A DNA stretch of 64,000 nt, taken from Spirochaetota bacterium (GTDB taxonomy: Bacteria; Spirochaetota; UBA4802; JAFGDQ01). Positions 1 through 10,216 of the stretch are shown piece by piece (within the stretch, counting starts at the first letter, position 1; each line of letters opens with the position of its first letter). The position numbers and the translations under genes are program-made. The stretch covers positions 3,032-67,031 of the forward strand of contig JAXHTS010000071.1 of assembly GCA_034190085.1 (NCBI GenBank), read 5' to 3'. Below the pieces are notes generated by a model, which saw only the letters and a list, made by a program, of their open reading frames with translations, made no database searches and was not told where the DNA came from.

Positions 1-713
1 TATCCAAAATCACTGGTAGTTCCGAAAATAACTGTATCCACTGACCCCTGGTAAATAACGTCTCCTCTTTTCAAAGGGATTTCCCTTATCCCTTTGGAAT
101 AGCTCGCAGAATAAACAGGCGAATTTGAATCATTGATTATTCGAACATTGAGTTTAAATCCCTTAAACAAAATATGTGGAATTGATTTGAAAAGTGTTGC
201 TGCGAAGTAACCAGCTAAAGTGTTGCTAATCTTCCATAAAATGCCTTTGGTAAAACGATTCTTTAGTTTAAGATAGTCATTGAGGATCAAAGCATCTATA
301 CCAAAACCACCGAAATGGAACATTCTTCCCTCTGCCTCTATCATGTTAAATGTTTCATAAGTTAGCTCCTCGAAAGCTAAGGGTTGTATCTTCCAGATTG
401 GTTTAACACCCTTAGGCACACCCAATAAACCGGCCCATGCATTGCCTGTCCCGAGTTTTAAGATGCCAAACTTTGGCATCTCATAATCTCCCCCAGCTTT
501 GTTACACGCTTCAACCTTTAAGTGTATCTGTTCAATTATACGCATTGCTGTTCCATCCCCTCCGCCGCACAGAATAAGGGAGTATCCCTTCTCTATAATC
601 TCATCCAAGCACTGGTCTGACTGCTCAATTGTATGTGTTACATAAATATCATCCACATCCACATGCCTATGAAAGAGTTCCAGAACGCTGTCATTAACCT
701 TGCGTGCATTCAT
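1..713 (-). CDS. Diacylglycerol-kinase-catalytic-domain (DAGK_cat) lipid kinase, YegS/BmrU-like; 5' part only, gene continues past the left window edge
   Basis: Reverse-strand translation starting at the ATG whose complement is at 711-713 gives MNARKVNDSVLELFHRHVDVDDIYVTHTIEQSDQCLDEIIEKGYSLILCGGGDGTAMRII... The GGDGT motif is the hallmark of the DAGK_cat / NAD-kinase / sphingosine-kinase fold. The frame is open to position 1. It was not in the ORF track because it has no stop inside the window. Confidence 0.5.
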   Translation of the reverse strand, partial: MNARKVNDSVLELFHRHVDVDDIYVTHTIEQSDQCLDEIIEKGYSLILCGGGDGTAMRIIEQIHLKVEACNKAGGDYEMPKFGILKLGTGNAWAGLLGVPKGVKPIWKIQPLAFEELTYETFNMIEAEGRMFHFGGFGIDALILNDYLKLKNRFTKGILWKISNTLAGYFAATLFKSIPHILFKGFKLNVRIINDSNSPVYSASYSKGIREIPLKRGDVIYQGSVDTVIFGTTSDFG

Positions 714-1238
714 ATTTAATATAACCGCAAAAGTTTTAATATTTGACCTCCATGAAGCGATAAAAAATTATAAATAGGGATAATAATAGAATTGTTATGA
801 TTCTGTCAAACTGAAATATTAAATCTTTGAATTACTTATATTATTTTCTAATAATTATCATAATGCAAAAAGATATAAAAAATCACTCCTGTTATAGGTA
901 TAATGCTTTATAGATGAATAGATCAAGATAATAAGAAATACATTAATAGGTCATAGAATAGCTAAGGGCTATCCTGGGAATAAATTATAATATAGAATTC
1001 AATTGAAGAAAGATATTTCTTTAGCCTACAAAAAACTAATTGTAGGTTGACACAAAAACCTGTATCAGAAAACATGCTCATGATGATTAGAACTGTATAG
1101 TATAAAGAATAGACAAATACTGACGAATTTGCATCCTCTCCGGTCTGTTTAATTTAATCCTCATTTAATCATAAATTAGTTATAAGTGAAATACAGTATT
1201 ATAATTACATGTCGACCAAGGAGTCTTATTAATTAACT

Positions 1239-3023
1239 ATGAACAGAAAAAAATTATATTCAAAACATACAATGTTAAAAGATCTCCTTATCATAATGAA
1301 AAAGATCGCACTATCATCAATTAACATATTCCTCATAACAGCAATTGGGATTGCGGATGAAGGGTCTGGACGAACTTTTATCACTGCTGATGAGATAAAG
1401 AAGATGAATGTACGGAACTTTTATGATCTATTAAATCAGGTTCCAGGCATTGTTGCAGATGTATCCACTGTATCGATACGCGGCTCAAAGAAGGTGAAGG
1501 TACTTCTTGATGGTCGCTCCATAAATGATCCAGTCTCTGATGATGTTAAGTGGAGTCAAGTCTCTATAAACAACGTGGAAAGGGTTGAGATTTACAAAGG
1601 CGGGGGTAGTGTTGAGTATGGTGGAGACTCCAGCGGTGGGGTTATATTGATCACTACAAAAAAGACAAAAAAATGGAGTGGGAATATTGAATCCTATGGT
1701 GGAAATCTATGTACTCAGTGTTACAGTACGGATTTACAGACAAATATCAATAACTTTATCGCAGGCGTTTCAGTTGGATATCACCGTACAGATGGCTTTC
1801 GTACAAATGATGATAGAGAAAAAAAGAGAGCAGGGATTAAGCTATCCTATGAATTGCAAAAGGATATTAAATTTTCTCCTTCATTTGATTATTATAATGA
1901 GAAAAGAGGTCTGGCTGGGGTTGTTGGACAACCTACACCTGAATACCGTAAGTATTATGAAACCAATTCAGGCACTTTGATTTCAAAAATTAAAAAGATA
2001 AAGAGCAGAACATGTATTATTGATGTTGTGGAAAAGAACAAAAATCCCGATGTTCCAATTGAAGTAAGGTTGCATCCAATAACTTTTGATCAAGAAATTA
2101 CTTCACAGTTCGCCATTAATGAACTTGGTAAACTGAGCATGGGTACTGGCATTCAGTATGCAGAGGTTGATGTAACGAAAGGTCTACCAGATGGAGAGGA
2201 AGAAGAGATGCATATAGATAGGAAATCCTGGATTTTTGCAACATATGATTATCAGTTCAAGGATTTTCCTCTATCTTTATATTCAGGGGTAAGGGGCATC
2301 TATTATTCCAGATTCCCAAATGCTATCAATCCTGAGATTCAACTTAGGTATGGAAGGGAGAAGAATGGTATCATTGTTGGATTCAACATGACAGATAATT
2401 CTCCAACCTTTAAACAGAGATATAATCAAACAACTGTAACCATGCCAAATCCGGATCTTAATAAGGAAAGGGCAATAAACAATAGTATAACCCTATTCTC
2501 CCATCAAATAGAATCCATAACTGTAAATATAGCTCCATTTTATAATATTGTATATAAAATTATTGTTTTAAACTCTTTTTATGATGGTGGGCAAAGATTT
2601 TTAAAATATGAAAACGTAGACAAGGCTATACTGAATGGAGTTGACACCTCCATAGACTGGAGACCTGCACAAACCTTTTGTCTTAATCTATGTTATATCT
2701 ATCTTAGAGCAAAAGATGATAGTACCAATAATAACCTGCCTGGAAAATCGAGGCATGAAGTAAAAATAAAATCTATAATACAGCCCTTTAATATTGTATC
2801 AATTGCCATTACAAGCTCCTATATCTCAAAGCAATACAGCAATATTAGCAATAGTAAATCAGTTGCTGGTTATTATCTTACTACATGCAGGACTGACCTC
2901 AAACTAAATAACCTTAAGGCCTTTGCTGAGGTAAAAAACATTTTTGATGAAGAGTATATATTATACTATGGTTATCCAGAATCGCCTAGAACATGGATCG
3001 CTGGACTACAATATGAATTCTGA
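1239..3023 (+). CDS. TonB-dependent outer-membrane receptor, small BtuB-size (594 aa)
   Basis: N-terminal signal/TM. Plug-domain motifs (ITADEIKKM, SIRGS, VERVEIYKGGGSVEYGG) are present. The long beta-rich C-terminal region ends in aromatic ...LQYEF, the OM beta-barrel terminal signature. Confidence 0.7.
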   Translation: MNRKKLYSKHTMLKDLLIIMKKIALSSINIFLITAIGIADEGSGRTFITADEIKKMNVRNFYDLLNQVPGIVADVSTVSIRGSKKVKVLLDGRSINDPVSDDVKWSQVSINNVERVEIYKGGGSVEYGGDSSGGVILITTKKTKKWSGNIESYGGNLCTQCYSTDLQTNINNFIAGVSVGYHRTDGFRTNDDREKKRAGIKLSYELQKDIKFSPSFDYYNEKRGLAGVVGQPTPEYRKYYETNSGTLISKIKKIKSRTCIIDVVEKNKNPDVPIEVRLHPITFDQEITSQFAINELGKLSMGTGIQYAEVDVTKGLPDGEEEEMHIDRKSWIFATYDYQFKDFPLSLYSGVRGIYYSRFPNAINPEIQLRYGREKNGIIVGFNMTDNSPTFKQRYNQTTVTMPNPDLNKERAINNSITLFSHQIESITVNIAPFYNIVYKIIVLNSFYDGGQRFLKYENVDKAILNGVDTSIDWRPAQTFCLNLCYIYLRAKDDSTNNNLPGKSRHEVKIKSIIQPFNIVSIAITSSYISKQYSNISNSKSVAGYYLTTCRTDLKLNNLKAFAEVKNIFDEEYILYYGYPESPRTWIAGLQYEF

Positions 3024-3103
3024 ATCAACTTAATGTAATAATATTAAATAACAGAAACCTCATATTCTAAAGGTACTAATCCACATTATCCTATTGATAT
3101 AAC

Positions 3104-3667
3104 TCATTTGATTAAACTCATCACTGTATCACCGCTAAGGTTCGATATGCTGGAAATGGAGCTGTAATCTATTTCAGAAAGGGCAGTTTCAATATTCCTT
3201 CTAATAGCCTCAACCTCTGAATCAGCTAAATTTGAGGCAAGTATATTCTCCACCTCTATCTGCAACCTCTTTAGTTTGGAAATATCTAAATCTATTAGAT
3301 CATCTATTTCATTTATCTTTAGATTTAGATCGCCTTCCAAATCGCTATCCTCTACAAATTTATACAAAACCTTTTCATCTTCAAACCTTACACCATTTAG
3401 AATACCATTCTGATTGTCGAATCCTTCAGCCCTGTCCTCCTTTAGCTGAAAGATGCCATCCTTTATGATCTGATTGCGCGTGAGTGATGATTGGATTGCC
3501 TTCAACTCATCCTGCATTAAAATAAGCCTGGAATTTATCTTTTTTCTAATCTCTATAGAGTCTGACTTTAACTCCTTACCCTTTTTCCCGACAGATTGTT
3601 CATCCGTCTGTATCTTACTATTCATCCTCTTGGCAGTGCTAATGATCCCATCTACAGATACCTTCAT
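3104..3667 (-). CDS. Hypothetical coiled-coil protein (187 aa)
   Basis: ORF with charged heptad-like sequence and no recognisable catalytic motif. It lies 380 bp downstream of smc on the same strand. Confidence 0.35.
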   Translation of the reverse strand: MKVSVDGIISTAKRMNSKIQTDEQSVGKKGKELKSDSIEIRKKINSRLILMQDELKAIQSSLTRNQIIKDGIFQLKEDRAEGFDNQNGILNGVRFEDEKVLYKFVEDSDLEGDLNLKINEIDDLIDLDISKLKRLQIEVENILASNLADSEVEAIRRNIETALSEIDYSSISSISNLSGDTVMSLIK

Positions 3668-4047
3668 CTAGACACCATCCATTGCGTAAATTTTTAAAAT
3701 AATGAAAAAAATTATCCCATCTCAATTTTAAGCTATCCATTTTAATGAACACCTGCACAAAGGAGACTCAAGCTCTTGTAAGAACAGAATATAAGAATCC
3801 CTTGTTAATATGCAAAATCACATTATCAAGCTATCTATAAATGCAATATAAAAATATTAACATGCAAAATATGGTAAAACTATAGATATCCCCAAATTAA
3901 TAAATAAAATTGTCTACCGTCTCATTTACATGCTTAAGAAACACCAATTTTTTTTTAACATACAGAAATATACAGTTTTGTCAATCAATTATTTACAAGA
4001 GACATAATTTTATTCAACCCTCTCGATTATCAATCATACAGTCATTA

Positions 4048-6801
4048 TTATACTGCGTCCTTTGCGATCTTATCCATTTTCATAGAGATAATTCTGGACA
4101 CCCCGGGTTCTTCCATTGTTACGCCGTAGATTGACTCACCAATACTAATGGTCTTTTTATTATGAGTAATAATAATAAACTGCGTTCTCTTTGCAAATTT
4201 TTTAAGCAACTTAATAAACCTGCCAATATTCTCTTCATCCAATGGAGCATCAATCTCATCAAGAAAATAAAAGGGAGAAGGCCTCACCATATATGTTGCA
4301 AAGAGAAGAGCTATTGCCGTTAACGCCCTCTCGCCACCGGATAAAAGATTTATATTCTTAAGCCTCTTCCCTGGTGGGCGTGCCATTATGTCTATTCCAC
4401 TCTCAAGTATGTTGCTTCTATCCGTCAATTCTATTGTGGCATCCCCACCCTCGAAAAGTTGTTTAAAAACAATAGTAAAATTCTTCCTGATCTCTTCAAA
4501 GGTTTGCTCTATCATCTGAACAGAAGTGTCAACTAAATCTCTTATAACGGATAGTATACCATCTCTGGCCTTTTCAATATCCTCTTTTTGACCTTGATAA
4601 TAATTAAACCTCTCTTTCAGATTATTATATTCTTCAACAGCAAGATTATTTATTGGGCCCAGTTCCTGCACCCTCTTTTTAAGTTCCTGAATAGTAGCTT
4701 GAAAATGATCGTAATCCGTCTTCTCAATGTCACTTGGTTCAGGTAAATCTGAAGTCTTTTTTTCATACTCTGTCCATAAATATTCCTCAATAGATTTAAT
4801 CCGAAAATCGATTTCAATAAGGTTTTTTTCCCTTTCGCTAATTTTTTCAACCACCTGCTTCTGATATTCAATATCCCTCCTATAGGCATCCGCCCTCTTT
4901 TGTGTTACTATGTTTATCTCCTCTCTCTTGGCAGTATTCTCGTGCATGTTCTTTTTGAGTGACTCACTCTTCTTATTGAATTCGAATAAAAGAGACTCCC
5001 ATTCCTTAATCTCACCAGCCAACTTTTCTGCGATATTTTCAGATTGGGATATATCATCCATAAAATTCTCTATCTGTTTTTCAATATCAATTATCTGCAT
5101 GTCAAGTGACTTAAGATGTTTCTCAATCCAATTCTTCTCATTTTCATTTATTGACAACTCCTTCTCCAATCTAGAAATTCCCCTATTCACATTCTCAAGT
5201 TCATTTTGTTCTCTTTGGATATACAATTCCAAGGCATCTATCTCAGAGCGTAAATTATCAATCAAAGACATCTTATCTCTGATGTTTCTATCTAAATCTT
5301 CTTTTTTTGCATGGATACCAGTTTTATCAAAGAGAATAGACCTAAAGCCATCCTCATATCTCTCAAACTTCAATATATCAACCTTTAGTGATTCTATATC
5401 AATATGACTCAAATCCTCAAGAGCCACCTCCACCCTGCCTGCCGGCAGGTTGATTAAAGCATCTTGAATTTTACTATCAATATTATTCAATCTATCATTT
5501 ATTCGACCCCTTACCTCCTGTCTTTTCACTTCAGAAAGCATAAGCTCCGCCTTTCGTTTTTCAATAGCATCAATGAGCCTCTTTATCACCTCCTCAAGGT
5601 TATCCCTTAACCCTTTTAGCCCCAGCTCCTCGGACTCTATTCTACCCTTATTCTCTTCAATGTTATTCCTTGACTTCTGTATTGAATCCAACTTCAACTT
5701 TTGTATTCCCAAGAGTTCATCCAACTTACAGTTATCAGTTTTAAGCCTATTCGCTAACTCCCTGCCAGCATTCTCTGTTTCACCCCTCTCTTCTCTTAAT
5801 CTATAAAGATTTTTAATCCGTTCGTCTGTCTTCTTTTTTATACTATCCCTTCGATTATGTTGCTCTTTTATTAGTCTATAATTCTTCTCTGTTTTGTTAA
5901 TAATATCCTCTACCTTTATACGATATGTATGGAGTTCCTTATCCAACTCAAATAGTTGCAATTGAATATCATTTTTAAGCTTCTCATCCCTCTCATTCTC
6001 AGCAGAAATCAATGACACCTTCGCTGAAATACTCTCCCGCTCCTGTCGAAGCCTTTCAATCCCGCTTTGCAATTTTATCTTTTTTTTACTTAAAAGTATA
6101 TATTTATGAATATGCAATTTGATGTCATTATCCTTTATGCCTTCTTTCAATGAAAGGTAAGTATTCAATTTTTCCGCTTGTTTAGCCTTTAAATCCCTCT
6201 CTCTTTCAATTTCCTTAATAATGTCATTAATCCTTTCGAGATTGCTCTCTGTATCATTTAATTTCTTTAGCGATTCCTTCTTCTGAAACTTAAACCGAGA
6301 AATTCCTGCAGCTTCTTCAAAAAGGAACCTGCGATCCTCTGGCTTATTGGATAGAATTAAATCAATCTTGCCCTGCTCCATTACAGAATAAGCGGATTTA
6401 CCAATTCCTGTATCTAGGAAGAGTGTTTCTATCTCCTTTAATCTGACTTGCGATTTATTTATATAATACTCCGATTCTCCATCACGGAATACACGTCGAC
6501 TAACTGTTACTGAATCGGAAGCAATATCCAGCAATCTACTTGAATTATCTAATGTGATAGAAATCTCAGCCAATGAAACAGGCTTTCTCTGTTCAGTACC
6601 GCTGAATATTACATCCTCCATCTTTTCTCCGCGTATACTCCTAGCCTGCTTCTCCCCAAGAACCCATCTTACACCATCCATGGTGTTAGATTTTCCGCAT
6701 CCATTGGGGCCTACAATTACAGTAATCCCTGGCTCGAAAACAATTCGCACCTTATCGGCAAAGGATTTAAATCCGAACATCTCTAAAGATTTTAGAAACA
6801 T
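4048..6801 (-). CDS. smc: Chromosome segregation protein SMC, atypically short (917 aa)
   Basis: N-terminus MFLKSLEMFGFKSFADKVRIVFEPGITVIVGPNGCGKSNTMDGVRWVLGEKQARSIRGEKMEDVIFSG is the SMC head Walker A region. C-terminus LSGGERALTAIALLFATYMVRPSPFYFLDEIDAPLDEEN...FIIITHNKKT carries the signature, Walker B and D-loop. The long central region is coiled-coil. Confidence 0.85.
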   Translation of the reverse strand: MFLKSLEMFGFKSFADKVRIVFEPGITVIVGPNGCGKSNTMDGVRWVLGEKQARSIRGEKMEDVIFSGTEQRKPVSLAEISITLDNSSRLLDIASDSVTVSRRVFRDGESEYYINKSQVRLKEIETLFLDTGIGKSAYSVMEQGKIDLILSNKPEDRRFLFEEAAGISRFKFQKKESLKKLNDTESNLERINDIIKEIERERDLKAKQAEKLNTYLSLKEGIKDNDIKLHIHKYILLSKKKIKLQSGIERLRQERESISAKVSLISAENERDEKLKNDIQLQLFELDKELHTYRIKVEDIINKTEKNYRLIKEQHNRRDSIKKKTDERIKNLYRLREERGETENAGRELANRLKTDNCKLDELLGIQKLKLDSIQKSRNNIEENKGRIESEELGLKGLRDNLEEVIKRLIDAIEKRKAELMLSEVKRQEVRGRINDRLNNIDSKIQDALINLPAGRVEVALEDLSHIDIESLKVDILKFERYEDGFRSILFDKTGIHAKKEDLDRNIRDKMSLIDNLRSEIDALELYIQREQNELENVNRGISRLEKELSINENEKNWIEKHLKSLDMQIIDIEKQIENFMDDISQSENIAEKLAGEIKEWESLLFEFNKKSESLKKNMHENTAKREEINIVTQKRADAYRRDIEYQKQVVEKISEREKNLIEIDFRIKSIEEYLWTEYEKKTSDLPEPSDIEKTDYDHFQATIQELKKRVQELGPINNLAVEEYNNLKERFNYYQGQKEDIEKARDGILSVIRDLVDTSVQMIEQTFEEIRKNFTIVFKQLFEGGDATIELTDRSNILESGIDIMARPPGKRLKNINLLSGGERALTAIALLFATYMVRPSPFYFLDEIDAPLDEENIGRFIKLLKKFAKRTQFIIITHNKKTISIGESIYGVTMEEPGVSRIISMKMDKIAKDAV

Positions 6802-7202
6802 GTAAACAACCTAGATAAATTATAATTTTACGTCAATGAATGCGCTGCGAATAAGCGACATAATATTATTGACTTGGCACTACAAATCTAACACCAATTG
6901 CCACATCGATGTAACTAAAAGAAAAGTTATTCAGTGATGAAACAACTTTACTTGGCAAAAATACTATATCTTTATCAATCATTTATTAAAACAATTACTC
7001 AAAATCAAATTCAAAGTGCAACAAAAACAGCGTTGAACGAAAAACTAACATATCAGCATCAACAAGTCAATAGAATATATTTATCAATATTACTTTACCT
7101 AGTGAATGAATAGAGACACCATCAGAATACTACCTAAAACTAAATCAGCTAAGCATAAGCTCTATAAAATAAGATAGTGAATATTGGTTTCAAGGAGTAA
7201 TA

Positions 7203-7231
7203 AAATGTATGGAAGTAACAAATGTATGGAA
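7203..7231. repeat. Tandem 12-bp direct repeat AAATGTATGGAA (7203-7214 and 7220-7231, 5-nt spacer); it overlaps a 9-codon mini-ORF (7205-7234) that has an AAGGAG Shine-Dalgarno 7 nt upstream
   Basis: Read directly from the sequence. It lies in the 3' flank of sucD. Confidence 0.6.
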
Positions 7232-7254
7232 TAATCTATAATATTTTTTTTATT

Positions 7255-7298
7255 ATTAGTCAACTACTACAAACTAAAGGTGGTAGTAGTTGACTAAT
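7255..7298. repeat. Perfect 16-bp inverted repeat (ATTAGTCAACTACTAC / GTAGTAGTTGACTAAT) with a 12-nt loop, 17 bp beyond the sucD stop
   Basis: Read directly. A T8 run precedes it on the plus strand, which gives an A-run after it on the sucD-sense strand. So it is not a canonical U-tract terminator for sucCD. Confidence 0.6.
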
Positions 7299-7314
7299 CT
7301 ATAAATGGAACAGC

Positions 7315-8187
7315 TTATTTCTTTAGTAAAGCTGCAGCAGTAACCCCAATCTCTGCGGCATTATCCACAACTGTTATTCCAGCATCTCGAAGAGCTTCCA
7401 TCTTTTCTGCAGCAGTACCCTTGCCTCCTGATATTATGGCTCCGGCATGTCCCATCCTCTTCCCCTTTGGAGCTGTTTGACCTGCTATGAAGGCTACAAC
7501 AGGCATTGATATATTCTTTTGTATAAAATCAGCTGCCTCGATTTCTAGAGTGCCGCCGATCTCGCCAATCATTACAACAGCTTCTGTTGCCGGATCCTCT
7601 TGAAAGAAAGAAAACAGTTCAATAAAACCTAACCCAATAATAGGGTCACCACCTATTCCGATAGCTGTTGTAATTCCAAGGCCTGATTTAACAACCTGGT
7701 TAACCGCCTCATAGGTAAGTGTGCCGGATTTGCTGATTAGCCCTACATTACCCTTCTTAAAAATAAAACCAGGAATAATGCCTACCTTAGCTTCGTCAGA
7801 GGTGAGTATTCCAGGACAATTTGGTCCGATTATTCTTGCGCCCCTTTTCGTTGCATAAGGTTTTGCCATTACCATATCTTTTACAGGAATTCCTTCAGTA
7901 ATGCATACAATCAATTCAATCCCAGCATCAGCAGCTTCCATAATTGCCTCTGCGGCAAAGAATGGGGGAACAAAGATTAGAGAAACATTAGCGCCTGTTT
8001 GAAGCACAGCCTCTTCAACACTATCAAACACAGGCCGTTCAAGATGAGTCTGCCCTCCCTTTCCAGGAGTCACACCACCAACAACGTTTGTCCCATAGTC
8101 TATACATTGTTGTGCATGAAATGTCCCTTCCTTTCCAGTAAATCCCTGTACAATAACCTTACTATCTCTGTTTACTAATATTCCCAT
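7315..8187 (-). CDS. sucD: Succinyl-CoA synthetase alpha subunit
   Basis: CoA-binding Rossmann fold ([12 protein letters not shown]), the catalytic His region ([14 protein letters not shown]) and the CPGI motif. 1-bp overlap with sucC. Confidence 0.9.
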   Translation of the reverse strand: MGILVNRDSKVIVQGFTGKEGTFHAQQCIDYGTNVVGGVTPGKGGQTHLERPVFDSVEEAVLQTGANVSLIFVPPFFAAEAIMEAADAGIELIVCITEGIPVKDMVMAKPYATKRGARIIGPNCPGILTSDEAKVGIIPGFIFKKGNVGLISKSGTLTYEAVNQVVKSGLGITTAIGIGGDPIIGLGFIELFSFFQEDPATEAVVMIGEIGGTLEIEAADFIQKNISMPVVAFIAGQTAPKGKRMGHAGAIISGGKGTAAEKMEALRDAGITVVDNAAEIGVTAAALLKK

Positions 8188-9359
8188 TACTTCACCTCCT
8201 TCACCGCATCAACAGCCTTTTTAGCCCCATCAGCTAAATCGCCAGCTGCAATAATATTTTCAATGTCACTATTCTCTAAAATCTCTTTGGCAACATCACA
8301 ATTTGTGCCATCTAACCTGACAACAATAGGCACCTCAACCTTTGTCATTTTTGTTGCTTCTATAATTCCATTTGCTACCCTATCGCATCGAACAATTCCG
8401 CCGAATATGTTTACAAATATTGCCTTAACATTTTGGTCTGCTAATATAATCTCAAACCCCTTTGCCACTGTTTCCGGGCTAGCTGTGCCTCCGACATCAA
8501 GGAAATTAGCAGGTTCTCCGCCATAAAACTTTATTATATCCATAGTTGACATGGCTAAGCCCGCTCCATTAACCATACAACCTACATTGCCATCAAGTTT
8601 TACATAACTTAAATTGTGCTTGCCAGCTTCAGTTTCACTGGGTTCCTCTTCATCCAAATCCCTTAACTCTTCAATGTCCTTATTCCTGTCCAAGGCATTA
8701 TCATCAAATCCCATCTTTGCATCTAAAGCGAGAAATTTTCCTTCATCAGTTTTTATTAGCGGATTGATCTCCACCATATTCGCATCTTTATTCATATAGG
8801 CCTTATACAAGGCCTTTGCAAATCTGATGAATTCCTTTGTCTCATCCTTCGAAAGCCCCAAACCCTTTGCTAATTTTCTTCCATGATAACCAAGAAATCC
8901 TGTGGACGGATCAATGGCAGCCTGTACAATTTTTTCAGGAGTTTTTGATGCAACCTCTTCAATCTCCACACCACCTTCAGAAGAAGCCATAATTACATGC
9001 ATCTCCTTGGACCTATCCAGGACCATCCCAAGATAGTACTCAGCTTGAATATTTGCACCCTCTTCAATATAAATCTTCTTTACTTCTTTACCCTCCGGAC
9101 CGGTCTGATGGGTTATAAGCGTCTTCCCTAATATTTCATTAGCGAACTCCTTAACCTCATTAATGCTCTTTGCAAGTTTCACACCACCGGCTTTACCTCT
9201 GCCACCAGCGTGAATCTGAGCTTTTACGACCCACACCTTACCACCAAGCTTTTTTGCATTCTCAACAGCCTCTTCAGGTGTAAACGCCACATGCCCTCTT
9301 GGAGTAGGGACATTATAGTCTCTTAAAATTTCCTTTGCTTGATATTCGTGAATATTCAT
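8187..9359 (-). CDS. sucC: Succinyl-CoA synthetase beta subunit (ATP-grasp)
   Basis: [19 protein letters not shown]-terminus and ATP-grasp motifs. Translationally coupled to sucD. Confidence 0.9.
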   Translation of the reverse strand: MNIHEYQAKEILRDYNVPTPRGHVAFTPEEAVENAKKLGGKVWVVKAQIHAGGRGKAGGVKLAKSINEVKEFANEILGKTLITHQTGPEGKEVKKIYIEEGANIQAEYYLGMVLDRSKEMHVIMASSEGGVEIEEVASKTPEKIVQAAIDPSTGFLGYHGRKLAKGLGLSKDETKEFIRFAKALYKAYMNKDANMVEINPLIKTDEGKFLALDAKMGFDDNALDRNKDIEELRDLDEEEPSETEAGKHNLSYVKLDGNVGCMVNGAGLAMSTMDIIKFYGGEPANFLDVGGTASPETVAKGFEIILADQNVKAIFVNIFGGIVRCDRVANGIIEATKMTKVEVPIVVRLDGTNCDVAKEILENSDIENIIAAGDLADGAKKAVDAVKEVK

Positions 9360-10216
9360 ATCCTCCTCTCTTCTTATCTCAATATTTATAACTAGACTGA
9401 TCCTACAACTTCTATAATTTAATCTGGAATTTCAGCTTCACGCTCATCTTCCTGTCAACTTAGATCAATCTAAATCCACTAATTTAATAATAAAACATCC
9501 TTCACTTACTATTTTTATAATACACTAACCCCTTATCGGAAACTCAAATCAAAAATAATCCTATTTATAAATTTAGTATTAGAATTTACAGAAGCATTAA
9601 GCACAGGTCTCTTCAGTAAAATTTCCCCATTTCAAGTAACCTGTAAACCGCTTTTAAGATGCCTGACTATTGTTAAATTATTAACTCTATGGTTATATAT
9701 AAAATTCGGAGCGAAGATAAATCGGAAATTCCAAATGTCAAGAGAAAATGATATAATTATTAGCAAAAAAGGGAACCCAACTTTATCCATTCCCAGAACG
9801 ACATTTCATCAATCAATAGCAAATACAGAAATATTAATTTTTATTGACAGATTCAACATTAACAATTCATGTTGGTAAAATAATTCGTAATTCAAGTTAT
9901 TATTTTTTTATAATTATAATAATATATCTACTCTTTCAAGGTATCGAATATTGAAATGTTTATTAGTGTCAATCATTTCAATAAAGATATTTTCTCATTC
10001 ATTACACAAATAATATTATTTTGAGACAATGATTCAAGACTTATTTTGATTGTTGCTAGCTTAATCCAAAAGAGCATGATGAAGGGATTCAAATGAGAAT
10101 TATGAGTTCAAAGGAGTAAGTTGACCGTACATATTTGATTATAGTAAGACCCTTGAATCTCAAACAACTTTCTCGACAGAGTCGCCTATCTCGCTAAGAA
10201 TTTAAGGAGTTATACC

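Noticed and set aside
1678-1980. Many short ORFs in the six-frame track that overlap long genes on other frames or strands (e.g. 1678-1980, 4910-5407, 5573-5806, 15022-15231, 52260-52682, 53450-53906)
   Set aside because: They are embedded in, or antisense to, well-supported long CDSs. They have low-complexity or hydrophobic composition typical of AT-rich frame artefacts, and no RBS context.
3668-4047. Repeated ATGCAAAAT motif (3809-3817, 3863-3871) upstream of the 187-aa coiled-coil gene
   Set aside because: Two copies of a 9-mer in AT-rich DNA are expected by chance at appreciable frequency. There is no palindromic partner.
7255-7298. Rho-independent terminator of sucCD
   Set aside because: The strong hairpin is followed by an A-run, not a U-run, on the sucD-sense strand. 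The T8 run is on the wrong side. It is kept as an unexplained structured repeat instead.
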